NCBI GenBank assembly: GCA_030616605.1
Contig: JAUWWY010000002.1
Span: 30,404-94,403, forward strand
Reading direction: 5' to 3'
Source of the DNA: a bacterium
GTDB lineage: Bacteria; Patescibacteriota; Minisyncoccia; Minisyncoccales; CG1-02-41-26
Length of the DNA: 64,000 nt
The translations under genes were made by a program, and so were the position numbers. This document shows positions 16,715 through 26,203 of this stretch, in pieces. Position 1 is the first letter of the stretch; each line of letters opens with the position of its first letter. The notes under the pieces were generated by a model. That model was not told the origin of the DNA. It did not search any database and saw nothing but the letters and a program-made list of their open reading frames with translations.

Positions 16715-17146
16715 CTAGCCGCTCACTGCAGGACAGGTATAAGTAGCACCCACACAATTTCCTGTTGCACCTGGATCCGTGCTAGTGAAACCAGCTATTC
16801 CAGTACTATCCGCACAATACCAGTAAGTGGCTTTAGCATTCAAGGCAGAATATATACAGGCCGCATCAGTACCAGCACTAATACCCGGGTCCACCGTATC
16901 AGGGTTATTGTTTTTAACCTCAGCACAAAGATTAACCATATCGCCAGTACAATCGAAGCTAGTGTAACTACCCTCATTAGCATAGATATAAGTCATTACT
17001 GTCCTTGCCTGGGCAATAGCCGAAACAATTCGGGCATCCTTGGCTTTTTTGGTAGCTCCGGGAAAGCTTACCAAGACAACTGAAGCCAAAATTCCAATAA
17101 TAGCAATGACTACTAATAATTCAATTAAGGTAAAACCTTTTTTCAT
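16715..17146 (-). CDS. Type IV pilin (likely the major subunit)
   Basis: MKKG|FTLIELLVVIAIIGILASVVL. 143 aa. Followed by a strong terminator. Confidence 0.85.
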   Translation of the reverse strand: MKKGFTLIELLVVIAIIGILASVVLVSFPGATKKAKDARIVSAIAQARTVMTYIYANEGSYTSFDCTGDMVNLCAEVKNNNPDTVDPGISAGTDAACIYSALNAKATYWYCADSTGIAGFTSTDPGATGNCVGATYTCPAVSG

Positions 17147-17200
17147 AAAATTTTTATTCTTTTAGATTTTTAGCTCGACCTTTTTAATTTCTTGTTTAAT

Positions 17201-17668
17201 TTATTCACAGGCACAACTATTTCCACCCTGACAAGTATCATTACAACTTCTACCGGCTGCTGCCGGAGAAATATTGTATTCTTTTAGGATTAAATTCCCA
17301 TCAATACAAAGATATTTGTTAACTCCAGGCAGATGACTTACGGCACAATAATTTTTTGCATCGTTATTTATATGGATTATTAAATCTTGATCGCTGTTTT
17401 CTTCAATATCATTACAAAGGGTTTCAATTGTTTTATCATTACAATTACAGCCATCCTTGCTAATAGTAATACATCTAAGATTGACAAAACTTCCTTGTGT
17501 AGATTCCATTATGGTGCTTTCGGTTCGACACTGAGCCATACTAGAGTAAACTCGGGCATCTCTGGCTTTACTTAAAGCTCCAGGAAAACTAACCAAGACA
17601 ACTGAAGCCAAAATTCCAATAATAGTAATGACTACTAATAATTCAATCAATGTAAAACCTTTTTTCAT
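17201..17668 (-). CDS. Type IV pilin, Cys-rich variant
   Basis: Start moved to MKKG|FTLIELLVVITIIGILASVVL. 12 Cys in the globular part by my count. Confidence 0.8.
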   Translation of the reverse strand: MKKGFTLIELLVVITIIGILASVVLVSFPGALSKARDARVYSSMAQCRTESTIMESTQGSFVNLRCITISKDGCNCNDKTIETLCNDIEENSDQDLIIHINNDAKNYCAVSHLPGVNKYLCIDGNLILKEYNISPAAAGRSCNDTCQGGNSCACE

Positions 17669-17723
17669 ACTTATTCTATTATAACACAATAACATAAATA
17701 CGAGGTAATTAGTAATCACTTTT

Positions 17724-18944
17724 TCACGTTCCCATTCCTCCCAATCCCATTCTGAATAAGGGAATAAAAATAGAAATTGCTAATATCCCTATTCCTACCC
17801 CCAAAACAGCAATTAAGATTGGTTCTAAAATACTTGTCAGATTTTCAGTCGTTCTTTCTACCTCTTGGCGGTAAAACTCAACTATGTTCATTAAAGTTTC
17901 ATCCAATTTTCCGGTTTCCTCGCCGGTTGAAATCATCTGGCTGACAAAGAAAGGAATTTGTTCCGGGTATCGATTGAAAACGGAACTTATCTTTTCCCCC
18001 CGAGCTACTTTTTCTTGAGCTTCATTTATAATTTTTTTATAAACTACATTTTCTATTATATCCCCAGTAACTTTTAAGGCCTGAGTAATGGGTAAACCCG
18101 CCTTAATTAAAACCGAAAGATTTTCTGAGAAGCGGGTAAGATAAACTTTTTTATTAAAGTCTCCAAGAATTGGGAGCTTTAAAATTATTTTATCATAAAA
18201 TTCTCTCTTTTCTTTAGACCTTTTAAAATATTGAGGTAGAAAAAACAAACCAGCAAATATAACAAAGATAAGAATCCAGCCTCCTTTTCTGGTAAACTCA
18301 GAAAGAGAGATTATCAATCTTGTTAATAAAGGAATTTCCCCTCCAAATCCTTCAAAGACCTCGGTTAATTTGGGAATAACAAAGAATACAATCAGAAAAA
18401 ATGCTCCAAGGAAAACCACAATAATAAAAGCTGGATAAATCATTGCCCCTTTTATCTGCTGATGAAGATTATATTCCCTTTCCAAATGGTCAGCTAAATA
18501 ATCTAAAGATTCGGCAACTTTCCCGGTAGCCTCTCCCGACCTGACAATATTTACAAAAAAAGAACTGAAAATTTTTGGATATAAAGAGAAAGCTTGACTT
18601 AAAGCACCTCCTCCTTCAACTGATTCTGCCATTGTTAAAATTTTTTCTCTGAACACAGAATTTCCAGTTTGAGCCACCTGGGCTCTCAGGGCCTCAACTG
18701 AAGAAATACCCGACCTTAACATAACTGCAAATTGACGGGTAAAAACAGCGACAACTTTTGGGTTAATTCCTCTACCCAAAGCTACTTTCTTACTCAAAAA
18801 ACCTACTTTGGTTTCTTTTTTTAAAGAAGTAACGTAAAGTTTATATTTTTCTAAAATATCTAAAGCACTTTTTCTTGAAAACGCCTCAATAGAGCCTCGC
18901 TGGATTTTACCTTCTTTAGTTCTGGCTTTATAGGTAAATCGCAT
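17724..18944 (-). CDS. pilC: Type IV pilus platform protein (GspF/PilC family)
   Basis: 406 aa with duplicated T2SF domains and 3 TM segments. Confidence 0.9.
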   Translation of the reverse strand: MRFTYKARTKEGKIQRGSIEAFSRKSALDILEKYKLYVTSLKKETKVGFLSKKVALGRGINPKVVAVFTRQFAVMLRSGISSVEALRAQVAQTGNSVFREKILTMAESVEGGGALSQAFSLYPKIFSSFFVNIVRSGEATGKVAESLDYLADHLEREYNLHQQIKGAMIYPAFIIVVFLGAFFLIVFFVIPKLTEVFEGFGGEIPLLTRLIISLSEFTRKGGWILIFVIFAGLFFLPQYFKRSKEKREFYDKIILKLPILGDFNKKVYLTRFSENLSVLIKAGLPITQALKVTGDIIENVVYKKIINEAQEKVARGEKISSVFNRYPEQIPFFVSQMISTGEETGKLDETLMNIVEFYRQEVERTTENLTSILEPILIAVLGVGIGILAISIFIPLFRMGLGGMGT

Positions 18945-18957
18945 GGGTTAATTTTTA

Positions 18958-20028
18958 CTAAATTCTCTTTAATCTTGATTTTAAGTCTTCGGGATTTAAA
19001 GAATATCTTAAAGCATTTTCCTCTGAAATTTCTTTTGACCTCACTAAATCACTTAAACATTTGTTAAGGGAAATCATTCCCTCTCTCGCTGAAGTTTCAA
19101 TAATTGAAGGAATCTCATGAATTTTTTTCTCTCGGATTAAATTACTAACAGCTGAAGTGTTAAACATAATCTCACAAGCTGGCCGAAGCTCTTCTTTTGT
19201 CCCTAATATAAGCCGTTGAGAAATCACTGCTAAAAGCGAGCCTGACAACTGGGCACTAATTTGACTCTGTTGGTGAGGAGGAAAAACATCAATTATTCTA
19301 TGAATAGTCTGACTGGCAGAGTTTGTGTGTAGAGTAGCAAAAACTAAGTGACCTGTCTCAGCTGTAGTTATTGCCGTTGAAATTGTTTCTAAATCTCTCA
19401 TTTCCCCAACCATAATCACATCCGGGTCTTCTCTCAAGGTTGATCTTAAAGCCCCAGCAAAACTTAAAGTGTCACTTCCAACCTCTCTTTGATCAATTAA
19501 AGATTTATCATCTTCAAAAACATATTCAATCGGGTCCTCAATAGTAATTATATGTTCTCTTCTTTTGTGATTTATCTCATCAATTAAAGCAGCAAGGGTG
19601 GTGGACTTCCCTTGAGAAGAAGCTCCAGTAATCAAAACAAATCCCTGAGAAGCCTCGGTTAATTCATGTAAAATCAACGGTAGATTTAATTCTTCAATTG
19701 TTTTAATTTTTAAGGAAATAATCCGCAAAGCAATAGTTACATTGCCTTGCTCAAAATAAACATTTATTCTAAATCTTCCCTTATCCTCAAATTTATATCC
19801 GAAATCAATCTCCTTTTCTCTTAAAAACTTCTCTTGCTGATTTTCGTTCATTAAATTGAAGGCTAATCCCCGAGAATCTTGAGGGGTTATTATTGCTTCC
19901 CCTTTTAAATCAATCAAGTTTCTGGTTATTCTTAAAACCGGGGGGTGACCAACAGAAATATGAATGTCAGAGGCACCTTTTTTAATAGCTATGTCTAAAA
20001 GTTTTTTGAGTTGTTTTGGATAGTTCAT
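18958..20028 (-). CDS. pilT: Type IV pilus retraction ATPase (PilT family)
   Basis: 356 aa. Walker A GASSQGKST, EDPIE, and the His box ATLHTNSA. Confidence 0.85.
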   Translation of the reverse strand: MNYPKQLKKLLDIAIKKGASDIHISVGHPPVLRITRNLIDLKGEAIITPQDSRGLAFNLMNENQQEKFLREKEIDFGYKFEDKGRFRINVYFEQGNVTIALRIISLKIKTIEELNLPLILHELTEASQGFVLITGASSQGKSTTLAALIDEINHKRREHIITIEDPIEYVFEDDKSLIDQREVGSDTLSFAGALRSTLREDPDVIMVGEMRDLETISTAITTAETGHLVFATLHTNSASQTIHRIIDVFPPHQQSQISAQLSGSLLAVISQRLILGTKEELRPACEIMFNTSAVSNLIREKKIHEIPSIIETSAREGMISLNKCLSDLVRSKEISEENALRYSLNPEDLKSRLKRI

Positions 20029-20053
20029 AATATTGATTTTTTGTTGTTAGAAA

Positions 20054-21778
20054 TTACTCTTCGGTTGTCCTCATTATTTCTTCAAGAGAGGTGATGCCTG
20101 CTAAAACTTTTAAAATTCCATCTTTTTCCATTGAAATCATTTCTTGAGATTTTGCTTCTTTTAAGATTTCCCCTTCGGTGGGTTTCTCAATAATAATTTC
20201 AGCTAACTTAGGTGTCATTTTTATAATCTCAAAAACTCCAATTCTGCCCGAATATCCTTTAAAATTACACTTTTTGCAACCTTTAGCTTTATAGATAAAA
20301 AGAGGCTCTTCTATTTTTTTGGCAATTATGTTTTTGGGTAAAGTTTTAATTTTATCTAAGATATACTTTTTCTGCTCACCCTGAAGTTTTACTCTTTCTT
20401 TACACTCTTTGCAAAGAACTTTTATCAAGCGCTGACTAATTATTATGCTTAAGGCAGGGGGGATTAAAAATGGCTTTACAGCCATATCAACTAATCTTGG
20501 GATAGCACCAGCAGCATTATTTGTGTGTAAGGTGGAAAGAACAAGATGGCCGGTTAAACCAGCATGAATAGCTAAAGCAGCGGTTTCCTCGTCTCGAATT
20601 TCACCAACCATAACAATATCAGGGTCTTGTCTTAAAAGCTGCCGAAGACCTCTGGCAAAAGTAAAGTTAATTTCTTGATTGACTTGGGATTGATTAACTC
20701 CACTAATGTAATATTCAACCGGGTCCTCCAGGGTAACAATATTAACTCCTTCCTTATTTACCATTCTTAAAATAGTATATAGGGTAGTAGTTTTACCGCA
20801 ACCAGTAGGACCAGTAACTAAAATTATACCGTAAAGACTTTTAATCGTTTCTTCAACTATTTTAAAATCTCTATCTTGAAAGCCTAATTCATCCAAAGAT
20901 TTTATTCCTTTTTCTGGATCAAGAATTCTGATGGCAACTTTTTCACCTAATTCTGTAGGAAAACTTGAGACTCGAAAATCAATTCTTCTGTCTCCAATTA
21001 CTGTTGAAAACCTGCCGTCTTGAGGAAGCCGGGTTTCATCAATTTTCAAACCACCCAAAATTTTAATCCTGGCTACAACCGCTGAATGAATCTTCAGGGG
21101 TAAAACTAAGGAGGGATACAAAACTCCATCTAGTCTAAACCTTACTCTTAAATTCTCTCTGGTTGGCTCAATATGAATGTCAGAGGCCTTTCCCTCTACT
21201 GCCTGGCGTAAAATAACCGCTACCATTTTAATAATTGGTGCTTCCTCAACTAATCTTTCAAACTCTTCTTTTTCAACACCTTTTCTCTTTGCTTCTTCCT
21301 TTATTTCTTTTTCCAATCTTTCTAAGGCCCTTTCTACCTCCTTTTCCGGAACCTGATAACTTAGGAGGTAATTATTAAAATCGGAAAGAGTAATTAAAAA
21401 GATTTTTGACTCAAGTTTGTGCTGTCTTGTTAAAAATTTAAGAGCCTCTTGGGCCTGGGGGTCTTCGGGAAAAACCATTCCTACTTCCAAGACTTTTTTC
21501 TCTCTATCTATTACCAAAGGAATCATTCTATAAAACTCAATCGATTCTCTGGGGATAATTGAAAGAACTTCTGGAGAAATTTTTTTAACTATTCTTTCTT
21601 TTAAGGGAAACTCAAAAAGTTTACTTTTTAAATTAAAAAGTTCTTTCTCTTCAATAATTTTTTCATCTAAAATTATTTCTTCCTGCTTTTTTCCCTGCTT
21701 TTTAACTTCATCTCTAAGTCTAATCCCTTCTTTTTTATTTATAATCTTTTTTTTGACTAAATGTTGAATTAAATCCAT
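20054..21778 (-). CDS. pilB: Type IV pilus assembly ATPase (GspE/PilB family)
   Basis: 574 aa. Walker A GPTGCGKTT, EDPVE, TLHTNNA, and a C-terminal CxxC...CxxC zinc site. Confidence 0.9.
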   Translation of the reverse strand: MDLIQHLVKKKIINKKEGIRLRDEVKKQGKKQEEIILDEKIIEEKELFNLKSKLFEFPLKERIVKKISPEVLSIIPRESIEFYRMIPLVIDREKKVLEVGMVFPEDPQAQEALKFLTRQHKLESKIFLITLSDFNNYLLSYQVPEKEVERALERLEKEIKEEAKRKGVEKEEFERLVEEAPIIKMVAVILRQAVEGKASDIHIEPTRENLRVRFRLDGVLYPSLVLPLKIHSAVVARIKILGGLKIDETRLPQDGRFSTVIGDRRIDFRVSSFPTELGEKVAIRILDPEKGIKSLDELGFQDRDFKIVEETIKSLYGIILVTGPTGCGKTTTLYTILRMVNKEGVNIVTLEDPVEYYISGVNQSQVNQEINFTFARGLRQLLRQDPDIVMVGEIRDEETAALAIHAGLTGHLVLSTLHTNNAAGAIPRLVDMAVKPFLIPPALSIIISQRLIKVLCKECKERVKLQGEQKKYILDKIKTLPKNIIAKKIEEPLFIYKAKGCKKCNFKGYSGRIGVFEIIKMTPKLAEIIIEKPTEGEILKEAKSQEMISMEKDGILKVLAGITSLEEIMRTTEE

Positions 21779-21783
21779 GAAAG

Positions 21784-22041
21784 CTAATAAGATTCAAATG
21801 GATTCTGGCGACCAATTTCTTCGGGTAAAGAGATTTTTTCAAAAGGTAAAAGTTGTTCAATTTCTGAACTCCTTAAAAATTCAAGGTCAATTTCAATTTC
21901 AGAAAGGCCAATTGAAATTTCGGGTATTGATAAGGCTTGAGGTTCTAAGATAATTTCTTTAAAAAAAACAATCAAAGAAAGAATAATTACTCCAATAACC
22001 AAATATTTAAAAATTTTGTCTTGTTCTGGATTTTCCAACAT
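21784..22041 (-). CDS. Small single-TM protein in the pilus operon (function unknown)
   Basis: 85-aa ORF with one TM helix, tightly spaced between pilO-like and pilB. Confidence 0.4.
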   Translation of the reverse strand: MLENPEQDKIFKYLVIGVIILSLIVFFKEIILEPQALSIPEISIGLSEIEIDLEFLRSSEIEQLLPFEKISLPEEIGRQNPFESY

Positions 22042-22044
22042 GTT

Positions 22045-22590
22045 TTAGTAAGAATAAACTTTTAGTGACAAATTAAATTCTATTATTTCCTCCCTGGTTT
22101 CTTTTTTTAAAAAAATGCTTTCAACTTCAATTATTCTTGAAGATTTCTCAATTACATTAAGAAAATTTTCAAAGGAAGGAAGGGTTCCTCCAACATTTAA
22201 ATTAAAATAAGTTTCTTTGGGCTTTGGTCGAGAGGGAATTTCCTCTTCTTCCAACTGAAAAACAGAAGTTTTAGTTTGAGCTAAAGATTTTAATATTAAA
22301 CCACTCTCTGAAACTTTTTCTTGAAAAAAGTTTAACAAAGAAGCAAAAGAGATTTTATCTGGTAGAGCAAAATCAATTTTTTCTAAACTTTCTGACTCTG
22401 TCTCTTTTTCTAGATTTTCTGAAATCTCTTGAAGGTTTGAAAGGTAAACTTTTTGTTCTTGAACTTTTATTTCTTTTTCAGAAACTTCCTGCCTTAAGCT
22501 TTTGAAATCAAAATAGCTCGGCAGGATAAAGTAAATAATAAGCAAAAAACTGAGAAAGAATAAAATTGGAATTGTAAAAACTCTTTTCAT
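22045..22590 (-). CDS. PilO-like pilus alignment protein
   Basis: N-terminal TM plus coiled coil. The position after the PilN-like gene, with a 4-nt overlap, supports the call. Confidence 0.55.
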   Translation of the reverse strand: MKRVFTIPILFFLSFLLIIYFILPSYFDFKSLRQEVSEKEIKVQEQKVYLSNLQEISENLEKETESESLEKIDFALPDKISFASLLNFFQEKVSESGLILKSLAQTKTSVFQLEEEEIPSRPKPKETYFNLNVGGTLPSFENFLNVIEKSSRIIEVESIFLKKETREEIIEFNLSLKVYSY

Positions 22591-23120
22591 TTTTTAATTA
22601 AATTTTCAGAGAATTTAAAATTTAAACTAAAATTGACAGTTCCTTCCCGATCCAAAACAATATCAGAAACTCTAAGGTTTTTAACTTCTTCTTTCTTTTG
22701 AAAGATTAGAATCTGCTGACCTAAAGTTTGAAAATTTTCGGTTTTCCCTGATAACTCAACCAGGAAATCTTTGTTATTTAAATGTAAAGAAGTTAAGTAA
22801 ACTTTTAGATGACAGGAATCTTTTAAAAATTCAAAAAATTTTGAGGAGATTTTATGTTTTTCTAAAAGTTCAGAAAAATCTTCAATTTTTTCTGAAGTCT
22901 TAGATAATCTCTTTTCTACTTCTTTTTGAGCTTGAGAAGATAATTCTCTTTCTAATTCCTCTTTTTTTGTTTCTAAGTCTGAAATCTGGTTTTGAAGAAA
23001 AAAGGAAAACCCCCCTAAAATTATCAACAAAATCAAAGAAAGCCAAAAGAGAAAATTAAAAAAGCTTGGTATTTCAGGTTTTGGCTTGGGAATAATTTTT
23101 GTTAAACCTTTTTGAGGCAT
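22587..23120 (-). CDS. PilN-like pilus alignment protein
   Basis: TM helix plus coiled coil, immediately downstream of pilM. Confidence 0.55.
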   Translation of the reverse strand: MPQKGLTKIIPKPKPEIPSFFNFLFWLSLILLIILGGFSFFLQNQISDLETKKEELERELSSQAQKEVEKRLSKTSEKIEDFSELLEKHKISSKFFEFLKDSCHLKVYLTSLHLNNKDFLVELSGKTENFQTLGQQILIFQKKEEVKNLRVSDIVLDREGTVNFSLNFKFSENLIKK

Positions 23121-23132
23121 ATTTTTTATTAA

Positions 23133-24188
23133 TTAGCTTTCTAATCCCATTATGGCAACTCCTAAAGCCACTGCAAATGAGGGACCTAATTCTTTTAATC
23201 GGGGTTTAAGTGCGGAAGGAAAAGAAATATTGCTAAAAGGGTCAACAATTCGAACTTTCTTTTTGGTTCGGCTTTCTAAATATTCTTTCAGTCCAAAAAG
23301 AGAAGCGACCCCTCCGGCTAAAATGATATCAGTTATTTCTTTACCTTCTGCCTGATAAAAATCCCGGCAAACTTTTTCAATTTCAGAAGCCAACAAATTA
23401 ATTTCGGGAAGAAGGGCTTTGATAACCTCTTCTTTTTTGGGGTCCAAACCGTATTTTTTTTTAATTTCTTTTGCTTTTTCTAAATCAATATTTAAAGCAG
23501 AACTTAAAGCTTTTGTTAAATTATTATCGGAAATATCAAAACTATGATTTCTGAGAAGACTCTTATCTTCAACAATGCTGATGCTGGTACTTTGCCAGCC
23601 AATATCAATCAAACAAACCGGTTTTTTAGATAATTCTTTTGGAATTGAGGTTCTAATTAAGCCAAAAACTTCTGCTTCCATTCCTTTTGATTTAACTTTA
23701 ATTAAGTTTACCATTTTTTGATAATTTTCCAAAACTCTATTTGGAACCGCAACTAATAATATCTTAAGTTTTACTCCTGGCAAAATCTCTTTTCTTTCAA
23801 TTATTCGCCAATCAAAAGAAACTTCAGACAAAGGAAGAGGAATGTGATGGCGAGCTTCAAACTCAATTGCTTGAGGAACTTCTTTTTCGGTCATTGGCGG
23901 CAAACTGAAAGTGGTAAAAAATGTAGAAAAATCCGGAAGAGAAAAAGCGACTCTTCTTTCTTTAATTCCTGCTTTTTTTAGAAGAGCTTCCAAAATTTCA
24001 GAAACTTTTTCACTTAAAAGAACCAGAGTTTCTCCATGAAAAGTTTTAATGGAAGCTTTATCTACAGGGAGATTAAACTCCAGGTAATTTTCTAATTTCT
24101 TTTTCTTGCCAAAACCGGAAATCTCGACTACTTTTATTGAGGCGGCACCAATATCTATCCCTAAACATTTTTTTGATAAAATACCCAT
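23133..24188 (-). CDS. pilM: Type IV pilus assembly protein PilM (actin-like ATPase fold)
   Basis: 351 aa. N-terminal GIDIGAASIKVVE phosphate-1 motif and GGVASL near the C-terminus. Confidence 0.85.
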   Translation of the reverse strand: MGILSKKCLGIDIGAASIKVVEISGFGKKKKLENYLEFNLPVDKASIKTFHGETLVLLSEKVSEILEALLKKAGIKERRVAFSLPDFSTFFTTFSLPPMTEKEVPQAIEFEARHHIPLPLSEVSFDWRIIERKEILPGVKLKILLVAVPNRVLENYQKMVNLIKVKSKGMEAEVFGLIRTSIPKELSKKPVCLIDIGWQSTSISIVEDKSLLRNHSFDISDNNLTKALSSALNIDLEKAKEIKKKYGLDPKKEEVIKALLPEINLLASEIEKVCRDFYQAEGKEITDIILAGGVASLFGLKEYLESRTKKKVRIVDPFSNISFPSALKPRLKELGPSFAVALGVAIMGLES

Positions 24189-24228
24189 ATTTATTAATTT
24201 ATTGTATCATAAATTTCAGAATGAGAGT

Positions 24229-24966
24229 ATGGATTTGAAAAAATTTCTTTTAGACATTATTTTTCCCCAGTTTTGTTTAGGTTGCGGTCAAGAAGGAACT
24301 CTTTTTTGTCAAGATTGTTTTAGTACAATTGAAATTTTAGAGCATCAATTTTGCCCTTTTTGCAAAAAACCGAAAAAAGTTTTAAGCAAGGAAAAATGCA
24401 GAATTCATCAAACAATGAATCTTGACGGACTTTTTGCCGCAACTTCCTACAAAAATTCTTTGGTTAAAAACCTCATCAGAAATTTCAAATATGAGCCTTT
24501 TTTAAAGGAACTCCGCGGCCCCTTGACTTCTTTAATAATAACACAATTTCTTCTGACAAAAAACAAATATTTTATAAAAGACAAAAAAAATTTACTTTTA
24601 GTCCCTATTCCCCTTTCTAACTTTCGAAAAAGATGGCGGGGTTTTAACCAATCAGAAGAAATCGCAAAAATTCTCTCTCGATTTTTCAAGATTCCTCTTT
24701 TAAATAATGGTCTCATAAAAATTAAAAAAGCTCAACCACAGGTTGAGCTTTCAATGGAAGAAAGAGAAAGAAATATTAAAGATAGTTTTGATTTAAAAAA
24801 TCCTCAAGCTGTTCAGGGTAAAATAATTTGTTTAGTTGATGACGTTTTTACCACCGGCGCCACAATGGAAGAAGCAGCAAAGGTTCTAAAAAAAGCCGGG
24901 GCAAAAGAGGCATGGGGAATTGTTATTGCCAGAGAAGAATTAATAGGAAGAGTTTCCCGGGCTTAA
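24229..24966 (+). CDS. comF: ComF-family phosphoribosyltransferase-like competence protein
   Basis: Start moved to MDLKKFLLDIIFPQFCLGCG. Has Zn-finger CxxC pairs and the PRTase motif LVDDVFTTGAT. Confidence 0.8.
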   Translation: MDLKKFLLDIIFPQFCLGCGQEGTLFCQDCFSTIEILEHQFCPFCKKPKKVLSKEKCRIHQTMNLDGLFAATSYKNSLVKNLIRNFKYEPFLKELRGPLTSLIITQFLLTKNKYFIKDKKNLLLVPIPLSNFRKRWRGFNQSEEIAKILSRFFKIPLLNNGLIKIKKAQPQVELSMEERERNIKDSFDLKNPQAVQGKIICLVDDVFTTGATMEEAAKVLKKAGAKEAWGIVIAREELIGRVSRA

Positions 24967-24970
24967 TTCA

Positions 24971-25657
24971 TCACTTTTTCTTTTTACGAACAACCCCTAA
25001 TATGATTTTTTCCAAATAATCTCTATAAAAATATATTAAAAGAGAAACAACCATTGCTCCTCCTAAAAAAAGCAAGGGAAATATTAGATTGGAGGAGGCA
25101 ACACCGTTTCCGACTAAATTCAATACAAACAATCCAGGCAATCTTCCAAGGGCACAAATTATAACTAAAATCCTGATTTTAATCTTGGTTAAACCGGCAA
25201 TATAACAAATTGTGTCATCTGGAAACAGGGGCAACAGATAAATCAAAAATAATGTAAATGGACCGGCCTTATCAGCAATTCTGTCAAACTTTTCCATGGT
25301 TTTTTTCTTAACTATCTTTTCTACAAAGGGACGACCGTATCTTCTTGATAACAAAAAGGCAATGTAAGAACCAATGATAATACCAATCATGGAATATATT
25401 GTTCCTAAAACAATGCCAAACAAATAACCACTAACAAGTCCTATTATCTGGCCCGGTAAAGGACTAATTAACATCTGAAGGCAAACAAGGGCTATTAGAA
25501 TCAAAGGGGATAAAAAATTGAATCTCAAAATAAATTCTCTTAAATTACTTTGACTTGAAAAAAGTTTGGTCAATGGTTGCCAAAGTAAAACACTCAAAAG
25601 GATAATAACCAAAACAAATATTATAAATTTTAGAACAATCTGGTTTTTTTCTTTCAT
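24971..25657 (-). CDS. TVP38/TMEM64 (DedA-superfamily) membrane protein
   Basis: 228 aa, polytopic, with family-like motifs PLPGQIIGLVSGYLFG and DDTICYIAGLTKI. Confidence 0.7.
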   Translation of the reverse strand: MKEKNQIVLKFIIFVLVIILLSVLLWQPLTKLFSSQSNLREFILRFNFLSPLILIALVCLQMLISPLPGQIIGLVSGYLFGIVLGTIYSMIGIIIGSYIAFLLSRRYGRPFVEKIVKKKTMEKFDRIADKAGPFTLFLIYLLPLFPDDTICYIAGLTKIKIRILVIICALGRLPGLFVLNLVGNGVASSNLIFPLLFLGGAMVVSLLIYFYRDYLEKIILGVVRKKKK

Positions 25658-25703
25658 TATTAATTAAAATCGCCCAGCTAATTGGGCTCTTTATTTACTG
25701 TGA

Positions 25704-25787
25704 CGGAGGGTGCAGGATTCGAACCTGCGAGGGATTTCTCCCACCGATTTTCAAGACCGGCGCTTTAAACCACTCAGCCAACCCTCC
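25704..25787 (-). tRNA. tRNA-Ser (anticodon UGA)
   Basis: Hand-folded cloverleaf. Acceptor GGAGGGT/ACCCTCC, anticodon loop CTTGAAA, long variable arm, T-arm GCAGGTTCGAATCCTGC. Confidence 0.85.
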
Positions 25788-25795
25788 AAGAAAAG

Positions 25796-26005
25796 GCGGA
25801 GGAGGTGGGACTCGGCTACAAGTAAATTTCCTGACGGAAATTTCTCGCAGCCCGCCCCTCGCGGTGCTCGCCTTGCCCCTCGCTACGCTCAGAACAAACT
25901 CGCACATCGCTGCGGTCTTCTCGTCCCAACGAAAGGCAATTAATTGCCTTTCTCCTCTCCGGCACAAAATTTCAACCTCACCAAAGGAGAAGTGAAATTT
26001 TATGT
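25796..26005 (-). other. G+C-rich ~190-nt structured insert ending with a 19-nt duplicate of the tRNA-Ser(GCU) 3' end
   Basis: GCGGAGGAGGTGGGACTCG occurs at 25796-25814 and again at 26006-26024. Internal perfect hairpins are GAAAGGCAATTAATTGCCTTTC and GAAATTTCC-GTCA-GGAAATTTC. Confidence 0.6.
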
Positions 26006-26006
26006 G

Positions 26007-26095
26007 CGGAGGAGGTGGGACTCGAACCCACAAGCGGCTTTTTAGACCGCGATAGGTTAGCAACCTATTCTCGTGACCAATTTGAGTACTCCTCC
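26007..26095 (-). tRNA. tRNA-Ser (anticodon GCU)
   Basis: Acceptor GGAGGAG/CTCCTCC, anticodon loop TTGCTAA, long variable arm, T-arm GTGGGTTCGAGTCCCAC. Confidence 0.85.
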
Positions 26096-26203
26096 AATAT
26101 TTTTAAATTTTACCACTTAAATTCCAAGAAATCAACCAAAACTCTTGACATCTGTTTTTATTTGATTAGACTAACGATAATATCAACATTTTTAAAATTT
26201 TAT

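Noticed and set aside
24106-24228. The annotated long start of the ComF ORF overlaps pilM by 83 nt.
   Set aside because: The upstream part is the antisense translation of the pilM 5' end. The conserved ComF sequence begins at MDLKKFLLDIIFPQFCLGCG (24229).
25695-26063. A 122-aa minus ORF and a 77-aa plus ORF lie across the tRNA-Ser region. The 26015 start of the 230-aa ORF and ORF 26715..26930 lie across tRNA-Leu/Cys.
   Set aside because: They are built from tRNA genes and the G+C-rich insert, and the region is better explained as RNA genes. The 3D-domain protein is re-started at 26204.
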